Below, in pieces: positions 38,801 to 51,720 of a DNA stretch of 64,000 nucleotides. Each line of letters opens with the position of its first letter. Within the stretch, counting starts at the first letter, position 1. Position numbers and translations under genes: made by a program. Under the pieces are notes generated by a model. It made no database searches. It saw only the letters and a program-made list of their open reading frames with translations, and was not told the origin of the DNA. The stretch is from Tubiluchus corallicola (Eukaryota; Animalia; Priapulida): assembly GCA_030141605.1 (NCBI GenBank), contig JAQGDQ010000050.1:507971-571970 (forward strand), written 5' to 3'.

Positions 38801-39720
38801 ATTCATCCATTCAACAATCGATCTATCTAACTGCAGCTACCCGTCAACTTTCTCTTTCTTTCTTTCTGCCTTTCTTTCTTTCTTTCCTTCTCTCTTTCTT
38901 TCTTCGTTTGTTTTACTTTTTCGCTTCCATCTTTACTTTATTCCCGCTTTAATTTTTGCATCTCTTCTTCTTCTTTCTTTTTCTTCGTTTTTCTCACATA
39001 CTTGCTCTTCTCACCTTTCCTGTTCGTTCTTCATTCTTTTTAATTTGAACAAATTCAATTCATTTGACCATTTGCCTGTTTCAAGCATTTCTCCATTTAG
39101 TGAAATTACTTCAATTAATAATTATATGCAGACTTGTACTTTAATTTATTATATTTCATCAAAGAAATTTACTGTGCCTATATTTCTTATCAAAGTATTG
39201 TTCATGACGTTAATTAGTTTTACGCAGGTTGATAACCACTTGTTTCTGAATTTAATGTGAATAAAACATGTGAAACCCAGAGTGTTACAGACACAAAGTA
39301 AACGCCTTTTTCTGCTCAAGTCAAAGGTTGAAATAAGTAACGTAATTTATGCACTGCTCAGGGAATGGTACGTATCTGGCAAGTGACTGAAATGAACGTA
39401 ACAGAAGTTGTAGTTTTGGTCTTTTGCTTTTATACGTCGATCGAAATGAGCTGTAAATATTTGTACACTACCACGCTCATAATTGTGCACAATATACTAA
39501 ATTAACAAATCATTCCTTGTTCGCTTGTGATAGTGAAGCCAACGCAAAGAAAATGGGAACAGTAATAACTATTATAATCCCAAACGTGTAAAATTCACAG
39601 ATGGTGTTGCGTTATCTGACTCTTCAAACTAAGCTAAAGTTACAATTAGTACTTGAGATGAACTACTTCGATAGAGATACATCAACGACTGAAGATTAAT
39701 AAGCAGCGTGTTTCACAACA

Positions 39721-40761
39721 ATGGAGAATGGTTTGTGCAGCAACAGCTCTTATTTAAACATGTCTTCTGAAGAGCGAGATCAGATTGACTTTTACGTGTA
39801 CGTAATTGTACTGCCAGTTATTTGCACCATTGGAATCATTGGTAACATTATTAATCTAGCTGTGCTATGGTGGTGCTACCCCACGTTTGCTGTTGCCTAT
39901 GTTTATTTTCGTGCACTAGCTTTGGTTGATTTGATGGTGATGATATTTTGCTTTCCATTTTCTGCCATTAGAGCGCCAAGTTCAACTATTCCAGTTAAAC
40001 AGATTGGTTCATTTTACACGGCGAATTTAGATTTGTATCTAGTCAACAACACTATCGCCATCAGTGACATGCTGATCATGGTACTTACGGTAGAACGGTT
40101 TCTGTCTGTCTGTTATCCTACAATTCTCTCCTCTAGATGGCGCTCGCGTGCAACTGCACGAACTATAATCTTATGTATAACTGTGTACTGTTTATTTCTT
40201 TTAGTTCCTTACATTGTGGCGAAAGATAGAAAAAGTTGTACAAATCAGACGACAGGGGACAATGTATACTGGGTAGAACTCAACACAGATACGCTTCATA
40301 GCAATTGGTACAAAAACATTTGGACCTGGAGTAAAGAAATCACAACCAAAATCATCCCCATAGCAGTGGTAATGACACTAAACCCTTTAATAATATACAG
40401 CTACAGAAGAAGTGTCATGAAACGACAAGAGATGGCATTGTCATTAACTAGGGAAGAAAGAAAAAAGATTCGAGATGACTGGCGATTGTTTCTTCTTCTT
40501 TTCGGCATTTGCATAGCATTTTTTATTTGCACTGTACCTTCAGCAGTGTTGACTATAATGTACAATGATATTACGATTGAGGACAGAACATTCTATATAT
40601 TTACTGCAGTAGCAAACAGTTTGGAAGTTACAAATTTTGCGCTAAACTTTTACGTCTATAGCATTTCTAGTGCCGATTTTAGAAGAAAGTTGTTGATTTT
40701 GTTCCGACGGAAACGTATAGCACCACCAACAATTAACGAAGCGGGGTCAGTTGTTCACTAA
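39721..40761 (+). CDS. Class A peptide GPCR, FMRFamide-receptor-like group, 346 aa, intronless CDS (GPCR-2, paralogue of GPCR-1)
   Basis: GIIGN, LALVD, LTVERFLSVCYP, FFICTVP, NFALNFYVY, SADFR. Shares IDFY, AVAYVYFRALA, ANLDLY and LTREE...RDDWR with GPCR-1. Confidence 0.93.
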   Translation: MENGLCSNSSYLNMSSEERDQIDFYVYVIVLPVICTIGIIGNIINLAVLWWCYPTFAVAYVYFRALALVDLMVMIFCFPFSAIRAPSSTIPVKQIGSFYTANLDLYLVNNTIAISDMLIMVLTVERFLSVCYPTILSSRWRSRATARTIILCITVYCLFLLVPYIVAKDRKSCTNQTTGDNVYWVELNTDTLHSNWYKNIWTWSKEITTKIIPIAVVMTLNPLIIYSYRRSVMKRQEMALSLTREERKKIRDDWRLFLLLFGICIAFFICTVPSAVLTIMYNDITIEDRTFYIFTAVANSLEVTNFALNFYVYSISSADFRRKLLILFRRKRIAPPTINEAGSVVH

Positions 40762-41525
40762 AAAGATTAGTCAGAAAGATCAGTAAAGCACTTATTAAAT
40801 GAAGACCGGACGATTGTTTAGACTCAATCTCGTTTTAATTTACTGTCCAAAATATACATTTTTTGCCTATAAAAATTAGCAATTGTTTCTCATATTTGAA
40901 TAATTAGTTTAGAAACTTAATTAACGGCAACCGAACACAGCTATTACTTACGTCAGAAACTAACCACAGTTTGTGCAATCGCAGGCGTCTTCCCTTGTGC
41001 GTCAAGCACATTTGCATAAGTGTTACAGTACTGCTTAAACGCATGATGTCACGTTCTGTTTGTCGGCCACGCACACGTGACAAAAAGGCGCCAATCTTAG
41101 TAGATTCACTGAGCAGAGCGTAGCTTTGAAAGTATAACGAAATTTGAGTATCCGAGGTAATTATTATTTAATCTAAGCTTTGATTTAAAATAAGCTATTG
41201 TAGTTTTCAGTATTTTAGAGCATTCTTTTTTCTGAACTCGTGTTTACACAGTCATCCGGTTTTCTTTTAATTTCAGCGTTTTTGTTACAGCCTGTTTCTG
41301 AAGTTTCTGAAATTACGGCTCTACTGACTTTTAGTATAACTCAGAGCCGCAACTGTGTATAGTAACTAACCAGCTACAGTAACAAAATAAAAGTATTAAT
41401 TTGAAAATCATACATGTATAAAATAGTGACAATTATCATGCGCTTATATACGTGCTTTTGTTACAAATTAAGGGAAATACACGAAAACTGAAGTACGGAC
41501 AAACAGATAGACAAAGTAACTAACA

Positions 41526-41672
41526 ACTGACTGACTGACTGACTGACTGACTGACTGACTGACTGACTGACTGACTGACTGACTGACTGACTGACTGACT
41601 GACTGACTGACTGACTGACTGACTGACTGACTGACTGACTGACTGACTGACTGACTGACTGACTGACTGACT
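41526..41672. repeat. (ACTG)n microsatellite
   Basis: Directly visible. Confidence 0.97.
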
Positions 41673-42478
41673 GGCAGGCAGGCTGGCGGGCTGGCCGGCT
41701 GAGGAACAAACCAACCGTTCAACCAGTCGATTGACTGAATGCAAACTTTTATGTTATTAAGGAGGTACGAATCACCGATGCAGATCGCGTCTCTTTTGCA
41801 GTTTACAGCTCCCTGCGATTGCGTGTAATAAATAGTCGAATCATATTGTTATTGTGTTATGTAGTGTTATATTGGTGCAACTGATTCATATTTACAATAA
41901 TACTTCACTACAATGTCTATGCGATACACCCTTATTCTACTGGACTAATTAAAAGTTATGGGTAAAAAGCAATAATTATAATAGATAATAAAAGCAATGA
42001 CTGTATTGTATTTACAATAATTCGAGATAAATCGCGCGCGCGCGTGTGTGTGTGTGTGCGTGTGTGTGCGTGCGTGCCAGGGTGCGTGCCTGTCGTGTAC
42101 GTGTGCGTAGGCGTGTGTTTTTCGCCCAGTTTTTTCCCGGAACTTATCGATCTATCTCTTATTTCTTGAAAACAGAAACGTGCGGGAGGTGGTACCTATA
42201 GTAATTCGATGGCCAGTTCAGCGGTAGGTGTAGCAGGGCTATTTAGAATTCACAACATGGCGTCCACGGTGTCTAGTAATCGCCGTTTTTCTCTAACCCA
42301 ACTACCCGATTTTTTCCTAAATTTTGACTGAACGCCATGTGAAAAAGTTCTAGTAGAAGCTCTTGCAAGGAGATTGATATGTACACCTGAGATGTGGCTG
42401 CAAATTAACTACAGAGATTCATAGAATTGCTAGATAAGTTTAAGTTAATTATACATGTAATTAGGATTTTTTGCTTAC

Positions 42479-42700
42479 CTTGATAATAAAGACCCTTTTC
42501 TTGAAGACCCAGCTCATGTTTTTCGGATCTTCCCTCCTACCACGAGTTTGTAAGATTCTGAACTCTTGTATGATTTTAAAATTCCTTAATTAAACCAAAC
42601 GGTGTATTCATCAGGATGCACATCTAGATACTGAAATGCTGGTAAAGAGTCAGAATTAACACGTCATAGAATTCCATTCGTCATAGACAGAACGTTGAGG
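42479..42700 (-). mobile_element. Remnant of a Kolobok/ISL2EU-type accessory (SWIM/YqaJ-associated) protein exon
   Basis: Minus strand reads DSLPAFQYLDV ... ILKSYKSSESYKLVVGG, resembling the LP...Y.DI...LKAYKSL.AY...G motif that precedes the SWIM finger. It has an in-frame stop and ends at a gtaag donor. Confidence 0.5.
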
Positions 42701-45659
42701 TCCATGTCAGCAAAAAATTTGATTTTTTCATCATGGAGGTTAACACCTGCTGATGCATCTGCCAACTTTGCTTTATTAAGTGAGTGCAGTAAAATACAAG
42801 GTAATGTAGGATGTTCGAGTGCTATTGATTATAAGTGTATTTATGAGCAAAATCTTTTGTGGGGCCTTGGTTAGTTATTACTTATTTCATTAAACTTGTT
42901 TTAATTGCTTTTGGGCTAAAGCTTTAGTCTCTACTCCTCTTAAAATTTGTTTTTTTTTTGGTTGAAACTTTAGGAGCTTCATCAACTTAAGCAATTTGTT
43001 AGCTTAAATATTATTATAATACTATGCTAATTTCTGACTACACTAAAATGAATAGACTTTAAAACGTAAGGTTGAGCAAAGTAATGCAGTTTAAATTATA
43101 ATACTGTGCTAATTCCAAGTTACCAACTAAACTAAAACAACAGAACTTAATAATTTTGCCCAGAAACTTATCAACTGATAAAATTACCTCAAAATGTACC
43201 CATGAAGCTGCAAATGTTTACCATTGAAATTTCGGTTATTTCAAATTCGGGTATAATTTCAATTATAAATAAATTACAACACGAATAGACTTTTGGTCAA
43301 ATATGGTACAATGTTTTGTATTTTTCTTCATTTCGTTTGCATAGTATATGTTAATTACCGACAATCGAAAAACTGAAGAAGAAAGCCTCTTCAGTCTTCA
43401 GTCTTCATAGGGTAAAATAATGTAGATTCAACATAATATATGGAATATAAATGCACTTTAATGTTATAAATAATTATAATGATGTTATAGATTAGTTATA
43501 ATATGCACGTTTTCATTGTCAGACTATTAAAATTACGATTTGCTTTTTCCGTTTTCTTCTGTCATTTCACGGCTAGAAGAGAAAGGACGGAAATTGTACA
43601 ACTGCGCCATCGTGAAATTGAAATGATTAACTTTTATTATACTTCCATAATCATTTAATCATTATTTGCTATTCACGCAATAAGACTATTATAACGACTA
43701 CGGATTTGTGCAGAAACACCAGGCTTTATTCATTGGAACGACGCATTAAATTGTCTGTTATTTATTCTGGTTAAAATGGATGTTTCCGCTGTAATAAAAA
43801 ATTAATAGCATAAAATATATTATTTTCATTTTATAATTTCCCACACAGCACTGATATATGATATATCACTATATTTAAATTTATCTCTTGCACAATTGCC
43901 AACGAAAAATCCTTTCGAAATTGTGCAAAAGCAAAAGTGCTCAAACACTTGGAACATTGGAGCTTCATGGAAATGCTCTTACATTGTGAATTTATAGTTT
44001 GATTTTTACGAAATTTTGTACATTTTCTAAACGGCCAATGTTATTTCTCTGGCCGCTAGATGGGACAACCTACCCGAGAAGCCATACACAGCCTTTCATT
44101 AGCTTCACTCTATTATGAGTAATAAATATTGACAAACGATACATAAAATTTACCTCAATATTCAAACAAGTAATTCCAATACATCGTTTATTTTATTATA
44201 CCTCAGAAACAAAATGTGCTCATAATTTTCATATAAGTTTAATATTTTTTTCTCGTGTTTTTGTCAATAAAAATTTAACACTTGCGTTTACAGTTTTAAT
44301 ATGTACTGTCCTTAAATGTTGAAAACAGTTGCACAGGAATGAGCTAGCAGTTATCTCAACAATAAAAGCAGGAATTTCTGTAAATTATAAGCTCTTCAAT
44401 ATCCTTGAATATAACTACCTTCAAAATCCTTGCCAAATCTATAGCGGAACGCTATTATTAGTTAATAAATAAAAATAATTGAGCCGATTTCCAGTAAATA
44501 CTGAACGTAGCCGACGCCTTTAGGCAGTCAACAATCTAATTAAAGCGCCACTTTGACATAATTACACAACCGTTGATTGAGCTGTCACTCCCCTTAAGGC
44601 AAATCTGCCTAGAATGCTTAAAACCTCTAACAGCTACACCAAAATGAGCTTCCGTATGCAGAGGCAGTCAGCATTAAAACGGCACAACGCAAGTTGAGAT
44701 TGAGATTTTATTATATTAAAACGAATTTATTTTTTCTAAAACTTTGCAACAGCTAAAGAGCAATTTACAAAGCGCTTTGTTTTGGTTGCCCTGTACTTGG
44801 ATCAGGTCATTGTGTATTGAGTTGTGAGGAAGCGGATCTCTATCATGTTTAACAGCGAATAAACGACAACCCAGGAAGGGCAATTACTAAATTACATCCC
44901 TTAATTGACTGCAGCAACGATACACGTAATTACACGTTACTCACTCCACGCAGCACAAGCAATTTATATTTCCTGCAATTGATCAAATTTGAACCAAAAC
45001 GAGAAACAATTAAAGGTTGTAAACATGGTCGACGTAAAACAACGGTTTATGTATAATCTTTTATTAAAATAGGTACATATATTTGTACTAACACACCCAG
45101 ACACAAAACATAAATACACAAGACATCATTGAAAAATACAATATATAGAAAATACAATATATAATATTATGTACCTATGTAGCACAATTGCCTCGATGAG
45201 TGTAAAGAGGAAATTTTCATAAATTTTTAAAACTAGAAATTTTAGTTAAACTAAAGATGTTGATGATTTGTTCAAATATAAGTGGCAGTATTAGACTGCA
45301 TGTTCGTTAATAGTTCGATAAAGATAATATTTTAATTAAAAAAATAAGTAAATTATTGAAAAGAATGTAAAGAAGTTATATGTCAAAAAGCGCGTCAAGC
45401 TCAGGCGGTGCAATTTACCCTTCTTGCCGTTCACTGAGGCACCTGTGATTAATATACAAATAATGGACATGATACATGGAATGGAACGTCTGATCTAACA
45501 GACACAGACACAAAAGCCTATATATCCCCGTCTTATCTATATAATCACTGTTAATGTTCTGATGGAAAACTGATTAAAAAAAATCCTATCTTATAGACAC
45601 TACGTTTACATTACGTTACTATAGACGTTATCACAGAAAGTGCGTACGTCATTTTTTAC

Positions 45660-46030
45660 TCATTTTTGCGTTCATCCTTTTATTTATTCGTCTTACTTAT
45701 TCATTCATTCGTTCACTCGTTCATTCGTTTATTCATTCATTCATCTATGCATTCTTTCACTCACTCATTCTTTCTTAATTTCCTTTCTGTCTTTTTCTTT
45801 TTCTTCTTTTCTGTTTTTTCTTTTATTTCTCATTCAGTTACTCTCCAGCTCACTCACTCTGTTAATTGTTTATTCATTTATTTATTTCGTATTTATTCTT
45901 CCATCCATTCATTTGTTTGTTATTTTTCATTCGATTATTCATTACAACATTCCTTTCTTCATTAATTTACCCGTTTATTTATTCATTCTTTCGTTCATTA
46001 CTAGCTAAACATTCATTAATTTATTCAAGC
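45660..46030. repeat. Degenerate (ATTC)n / (ATTT)n low-complexity tract
   Basis: Directly visible. Confidence 0.8.
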
Positions 46031-47100
46031 ATTTATTTACTCATTTATCTATATGAGCAAATATAAAAGAAAATACATAAAAATATGAAAATTTTTGCAT
46101 TTTCCTTATTACGTACATTGTAGTTAGGCGAAATCAAATTCAGGAAAGGAAATGGCTTTTGTCGGTGTAATCAACCAACTAAAACAGGCAGTCACCTCGA
46201 TATAGTGGTGTTGCTAGAAAGTATCTATTCAATTTCAATATGTAGGAAGCCATTACAACTAATCGAGAACGGCAGTATGATTCTATATAGGTATGTCGAA
46301 AACTTAGTATCAGTTTTGAAAGCAAGAAAAACTACTTAAAACAATCACTAATTGCCAGAGTACTTTACATTTCTGTGAGATCCTTGTTGTGGTTAATTCA
46401 ATATACTCGATCAGCAGGAGCTTATGCAAGTAATGAAGTTAAATATGATGTTGAAACTTATCATTTACAATCAACTTAAGATGCCCAGCCTTATTAGGTT
46501 TGGCACGTATGATGGTTGTATTTCATACAGAGATTTTTGGTAGATAGGCCTAATATTACATGTAGAGTATTTTATATGAAATTATTGCCGGATTAAAACA
46601 ATCAGTCAATAAATACTGTAGACTGTAGAAGATTAACAAACAAAGAGTTGAAAATATCAGATAGGTTCACCTGCTATTAAGGTTAAACTGAATTAGGATT
46701 TGCCCGAGCACAGGAATGTGTTGGACGGATTCTAATACAAATGTTTATGATTAGAATCCAATTCAATTTCAATAGTTTCACAGAATAAGTCGTTAAATAG
46801 TAAATACCACAGACTATTGTCATTTTGAAGCATTTAAAGGCTAAAGTTTAACATTCTAAAAGCAGCGTCTAGAACTTAAGCATCGTAGCTACGATTTATG
46901 TATTAAATGTAGATTACAACAACAATAAGTAGCTTAATACAATCCCGCGTTCGGTATTCGGATTTGGTTTTGCACTTTTGAACAACTGAATATGAGTAAT
47001 TTTGGTTTCAGTCCAGTGCATTCTCTCGAGTGAATCCGAACTGCCAAATATTGATGTTCTATTAATAAACTGTTGCTACTTTAAATATGTTGTAATCTAA

Positions 47101-47339
47101 AGGCGTGTTCAGACTAGAAAGTTGTCTCGCAAGTTCTTACGCATGTTCTCTTTGAGAGTAAGCTTGCAAATGTGAATGTCTTTGCAAATTCTCTCGCAAG
47201 TTATTGCAAACTCAGCGAGATTTGGTGAGAGTGGCGCATTGCGCAATAACTTGCAAAGCCGTTCACACTTGCAAGTTTACTCTCAGAGAAAACTTGCTCA
47301 AGAACCTGCGAGGGAAATCTCTCTATTCTGAACGCGCCA
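47101..47339. mobile_element. PIF/Harbinger-type palindromic MITE
   Basis: TAA followed by AGGCGTGTTCAGA ... TCTGAACGCGCC. The two halves are complementary over about 100 bp (gagagtaagcttgcaaatgtgaa / ttcacacttgcaagtttactctc). Confidence 0.75.
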
Positions 47340-47979
47340 AGCATAGGTAAGATTCAAGAGTTCTAGAAGATGCTTGAAAATGACCAGAGCCTATGGCCGA
47401 AACATTGCAAAGCTAAGCTTTGCTGTAAACATGTTAAATCAAGGTTGCTAATAAAAAAATATTATTGAGACGAGAATTACGTCCTCATGTTAAAGGATAT
47501 AAAATGTAAACAGAAATCGTTGTAGAGAAAGTAAAAAAGGAAGTATCTTTTTGCAGATAAACAAGTATTAAGCAAAATGAACGTTTCCTGTTGTACCATA
47601 ACCAGGATAGAAACCCTGTGACCAATACAGAACAGCTTTGAGTCAAACCGACTCGCAGTTTCATCAATGGTTGATACGTACTTGATCAAAATTTTTAGTT
47701 ATGTTGCCATAGAGGCAAAAATCTTTCCTTGATGAAATGTCTGCACAGCGAGGCCCTTTCCAGGATTATCCTTAAAACTTAATGTTAGACTTATAACACC
47801 GGCATATTCTAAGTAGTTATTTGACAAGCAGAAATCACGCTTACAGAAAGTAGCACGTCTAAGCAAATCAAACGATTATAATCCTCCTGTAATGAGTCAC
47901 ATTCTTCCACTTACAGAAGATTAAATGCAGGATAGTTATATTGCGAAGATTACTATGATTACATGTGAAGCTTCATGAT

Positions 47980-48302
47980 GAGGTGTTCCAGTGAGATGTA
48001 GTGTGGTATGGTACAGTGTGGTGTGGTAAGCGGTAGTGTTGTATTGTGCGACAGTGATGTAATAAAAGCGATCCCGTGTAAATTGGCATAATGTGGCATA
48101 ATGTAGAGATGTGTAAGGAGTGTTATGTGTTGTAATGTAGTGTGGTGATAAGTGGCATGGAGTGTGACGTGATAAGCTAAAATATGGTATGATGTCATAT
48201 GGCGTTGTGTGGTGTGGTGTGGTGTGATGTGGTGTGGTGTGGTGTGATGCGGTGTGGTGTGATGTGGTGTGGTGTGATGTGATGTGATGTGGTGGTGTGA
48301 TA
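47980..48302. repeat. Degenerate pentanucleotide (GTGTG/GTGAT)n array
   Basis: Directly visible, cleanest at 48205-48300. Confidence 0.85.
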
Positions 48303-50119
48303 TGGAATACTGTGCGGTTTTATTGTTAAATTTTATTTATAGATTTTTGAATCTCAGTGCAGGCATTTCCGATACGTATCGCCAGCCATACTGTCTTTCA
48401 GGCAGTTATGTTTTTATATTATTTTTTTCAGTGTATGGAATTTGTACGCGTTGCGATTCACATAAGCTGACTTTTACCGCACCACACTTCACAACCCTAC
48501 AACTTTACAAATCCTAAAAACTGAGCTTGAAAAACTCATGATTAAGATGATAACCAAAATTGTGTTAGAATTTGGATTTTCCATTTAGAAAGTTAACAAA
48601 AACTTAATATAACAAAAAATATTAAAAATGGATGGCAGTATTAAATTGCAAATTTGATTAAAAAATTATTGCACCGTGTAGCTATACTTGGAATGAAAAA
48701 CGGCGTTGTTTAATAACCAGGAAAACATATTTCGTAACTTGTACTTAAACTTACAATTATTTCCATTAATAATTATGTCACAGAGAAAGACGGTTCCACG
48801 TACAATATTTTCGTCTTTATTAAGACTCCGATCTTATAAATTTATGATTCATGATTGACGTGATAATAGAGAAAAATGTGGGTTTTTATAATAATTACAA
48901 TGTAGATGTATCATTTGCGACTTCAGGGAGACGCCTCCTAAAATCACTATAATTTTACAACCCCTTAAAATATTTCAAGTTTCAGGAATTTCACGAAGAC
49001 ACGTGTTACGATTGTTCAAACTGCTTAAAAGATACAGACATTGCTCAAGTATAATGAAAAATTTGAAACATTTGAAAAGTAAACAATTTCTAGTTTAAAC
49101 TTATATGATTAAATAATTTTACTATAATAACATTTAAGAATTGTAAAACAACTTGGTGTTCCTAACATATGTATAGTCCTATGATTGGTTGGTTAACTAT
49201 CTAGCTAAATGTAGATCTAGATGTAGATGTAGAGACAGAATCCAATGAATTAAAGCCGCTTCTTAAGAGTAATTAACTAGCTATTACTTTTCACGGATAA
49301 AATACGGACAAAAAGCCGGAAAACGTTCTAATTCGGAAGTTTGGCTCTTTTTACTTTAATAAAAGAAAGTTTTATTACTGACTTACGTTGTAATACATAA
49401 CTGTTTATGATGTTGCAAGGTTTAGTTCATGTTATTACTGCATTATCAATAGTAAAGCTCAATTCATTTCAATTCAATTTAATACAATGTAGGCCTAGTT
49501 GTACTCACATGTATTTGCTAAATTTTGCTCTAATGATTAAGATAAATATTTAAGGTCAAATAACGATTTGGCATAACAATTTTAATAGCAACAAATGAAT
49601 TTTTCTGATTATAATTTTTAACTGTCTTGGTAACATGGCTGTACACTTTAACATTGTATAATTAATGTATCAGTGTATATATGTGTAGTTATAATTAAAG
49701 TAAAGCTTTAAGGAAAAAACGCGATGTCATTATTTGCAATAAATTTTAACTTTGGAAAAACGTCTAAAACGTCATTTCAAGCAAAACATTTTTCTAACTT
49801 CTGTTAAAAACGCGATAAATTGCTTACCAGCAAAGAGCGATTTCTTTGTACGTGTGAATATATAATCCTAAATATCCGTAAGGTTAAATTATCAACCTCT
49901 CTATAGCTTGTCATTACAATACCGGCCTTAGTCTTTTGATACAATGAATGTCAATATAATTTATAGATAGTTTAGCTCTTTTCTAGAGTTGAGCTACTGC
50001 TGCTGTCAGTCATATCCGCTTAGCGTTGGAGCTATTCAAGCTGACCAACCGCCTGTCAGAGCATTTATCGATTCATCGAGCCCTGAAGCCCTTCCTCTTC
50101 CGCTCAGTCAGTATACTCT

Positions 50120-50190
50120 TTCTGATTGGCCAAACAAAACTGACGTCAGCGCAATTATGCATGCGCTGCGACTGTCGCACGTAATTGACT
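50120..50190 (+). promoter_or_regulatory. Promoter-like cluster: inverted CCAAT (50125) and perfect CRE TGACGTCA (50141)
   Basis: The motifs lie in a locally GC/CpG-enriched stretch about 350 bp upstream of a candidate ATG exon. Confidence 0.4.
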
Positions 50191-50493
50191 CCCAGCCTCT
50201 CGGGTACCATATGCCATTTGTTGTTTTCTATTAATTGTGTTCTAGCTATGATACAATTACAGCAACCGTAACGCGCATGTCTGTAATATACTAACCGAGA
50301 TGCGTTCACGGTTCTTCTGATGTGTCTATAATTAATGATTCAAATTGATACCCGCTACGGCAGCCACATGATATTCAACGATTGCACACGGGTCTCAGTA
50401 AAGATTGCTCGCGGTACCGTTGACACTGATAAAGTTTTTACTATTTTAACGGGACGAAGTTTTAAAATTTTATAACACAGCTTGAGTTTTGGC

Positions 50494-50532
50494 ATGGAAC
50501 CCAGTGACAAAACACAAACTCTGACTGCCGAG
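50494..50532 (+). CDS. Candidate first coding exon of an unidentified gene (MEPSDKTQTLTAE)
   Basis: Good Kozak context ggcATGG and strong donor GAG|gtaagc. No downstream exon was recognised in the window. Confidence 0.35.
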
Positions 50533-51559
50533 GTAAGCTTAATTAAGCAAATATTGTCTCATACAGGCATTTAATTTTTCCGTTGATTAAATTTACAGAT
50601 CCAGATCAATTTTTCAATAGATAAACTGAATTCAATAGATAAAGTTGAAATATTAGTAAAATAAATTTTAGGTAAGTTCGAAAAACCTTTTAAGAATCTT
50701 TGTATATCAAAGATCATTAAAATTATATAATAAAAACAAAACTTTCTTATAGAGATTCCTGATTATACGATGACGTATTAGCTAGCACAGTTATGTACTA
50801 TGTCTGCGTGCATAATCATTTACCTAGTGTAAGGGATAGGAAAGAAGAGTATTTTGCTCTTGTGTTCGAGTGCAGGCTTTGCTTGTATAAACACGTGTCA
50901 TTTTGCTATTACAACGTCAGTGTGTCATTTTATAGCCAAAACTAATCACAGAACTATCGCCCGATTTTGAGTAATTTTCCGGTCCCTATTGTTTAGCAAG
51001 AGAAGAAAAAGTTGAAGAACTGTTACTTACACATGGCATACAATAAATAAACTGAAGCTGAACTTGTTCAGCACTGTTCATTCAATGTAAATGAAGCTGG
51101 ATGCAATTTTGGGCCATATGAGATAGCATATTTTAGTGAATATTACTAATGACGTATGGTCAAGGCCATTTTTAGGCTCCTCGCAAACAGTGTTACCAAA
51201 ATTTAACGAAAGTTGATTTTCCAATGTACATGTATTTTTGCAGACACGTGCAGTTAGTGATTGCATTCTTTGTGTTGCTTCCGTGTCCATTTTAACTTGT
51301 CTCGTTTATTCTTGTCTTGTCTGCGATTGGCGCAGAGAAAATGTACCGAAGTTTACACTACAATAATATTAGAATTAAATGCCCGTACAAAGTTGAAGTT
51401 TCACAACGTTACATTACAATACACTAACGTCAAGCTGTTAAGTTATGACTAAAAATATTTGCATGTTAAGAAATTAAACGCCGGAACAATGTCAACTACA
51501 ATTATCAACTGAAAGACAGCCACGTTGACATATAAAGCGCTCAATACATGGAAGCAAAA

Positions 51560-51720
51560 CAATAAAGAAATCAATCAGTTTACACCATGGTCTTCTCCAT
51601 TGAAAGTAAAGCATTGATAAAGATTTATTGAAAAGAAAAAAATGGGACTTAATCCTCTGGATTATGGTATCTGGAATTCCCTTCAAGAGAAACCGTAAAA
51701 TGGTCGGACGAGCCATTTTG
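51560..51720 (+). mobile_element. Tc1/mariner transposase remnant
   Basis: RFIEKKKW .. DLNPLDYGIWNSLQEK matches the WP..SPDLNPLDY.IW motif with a small deletion. Confidence 0.7.

Noticed and set aside
37873-39260. 359-aa and 202-aa ORFs between the GPCRs
   Set aside because: They read through pyrimidine tracts and microsatellites and contain no domain.
47480-47910. Possible piggyBac remnant (RFDLLR ... STIDE)
   Set aside because: The motifs are short and need several frameshifts; not supportable without a search.
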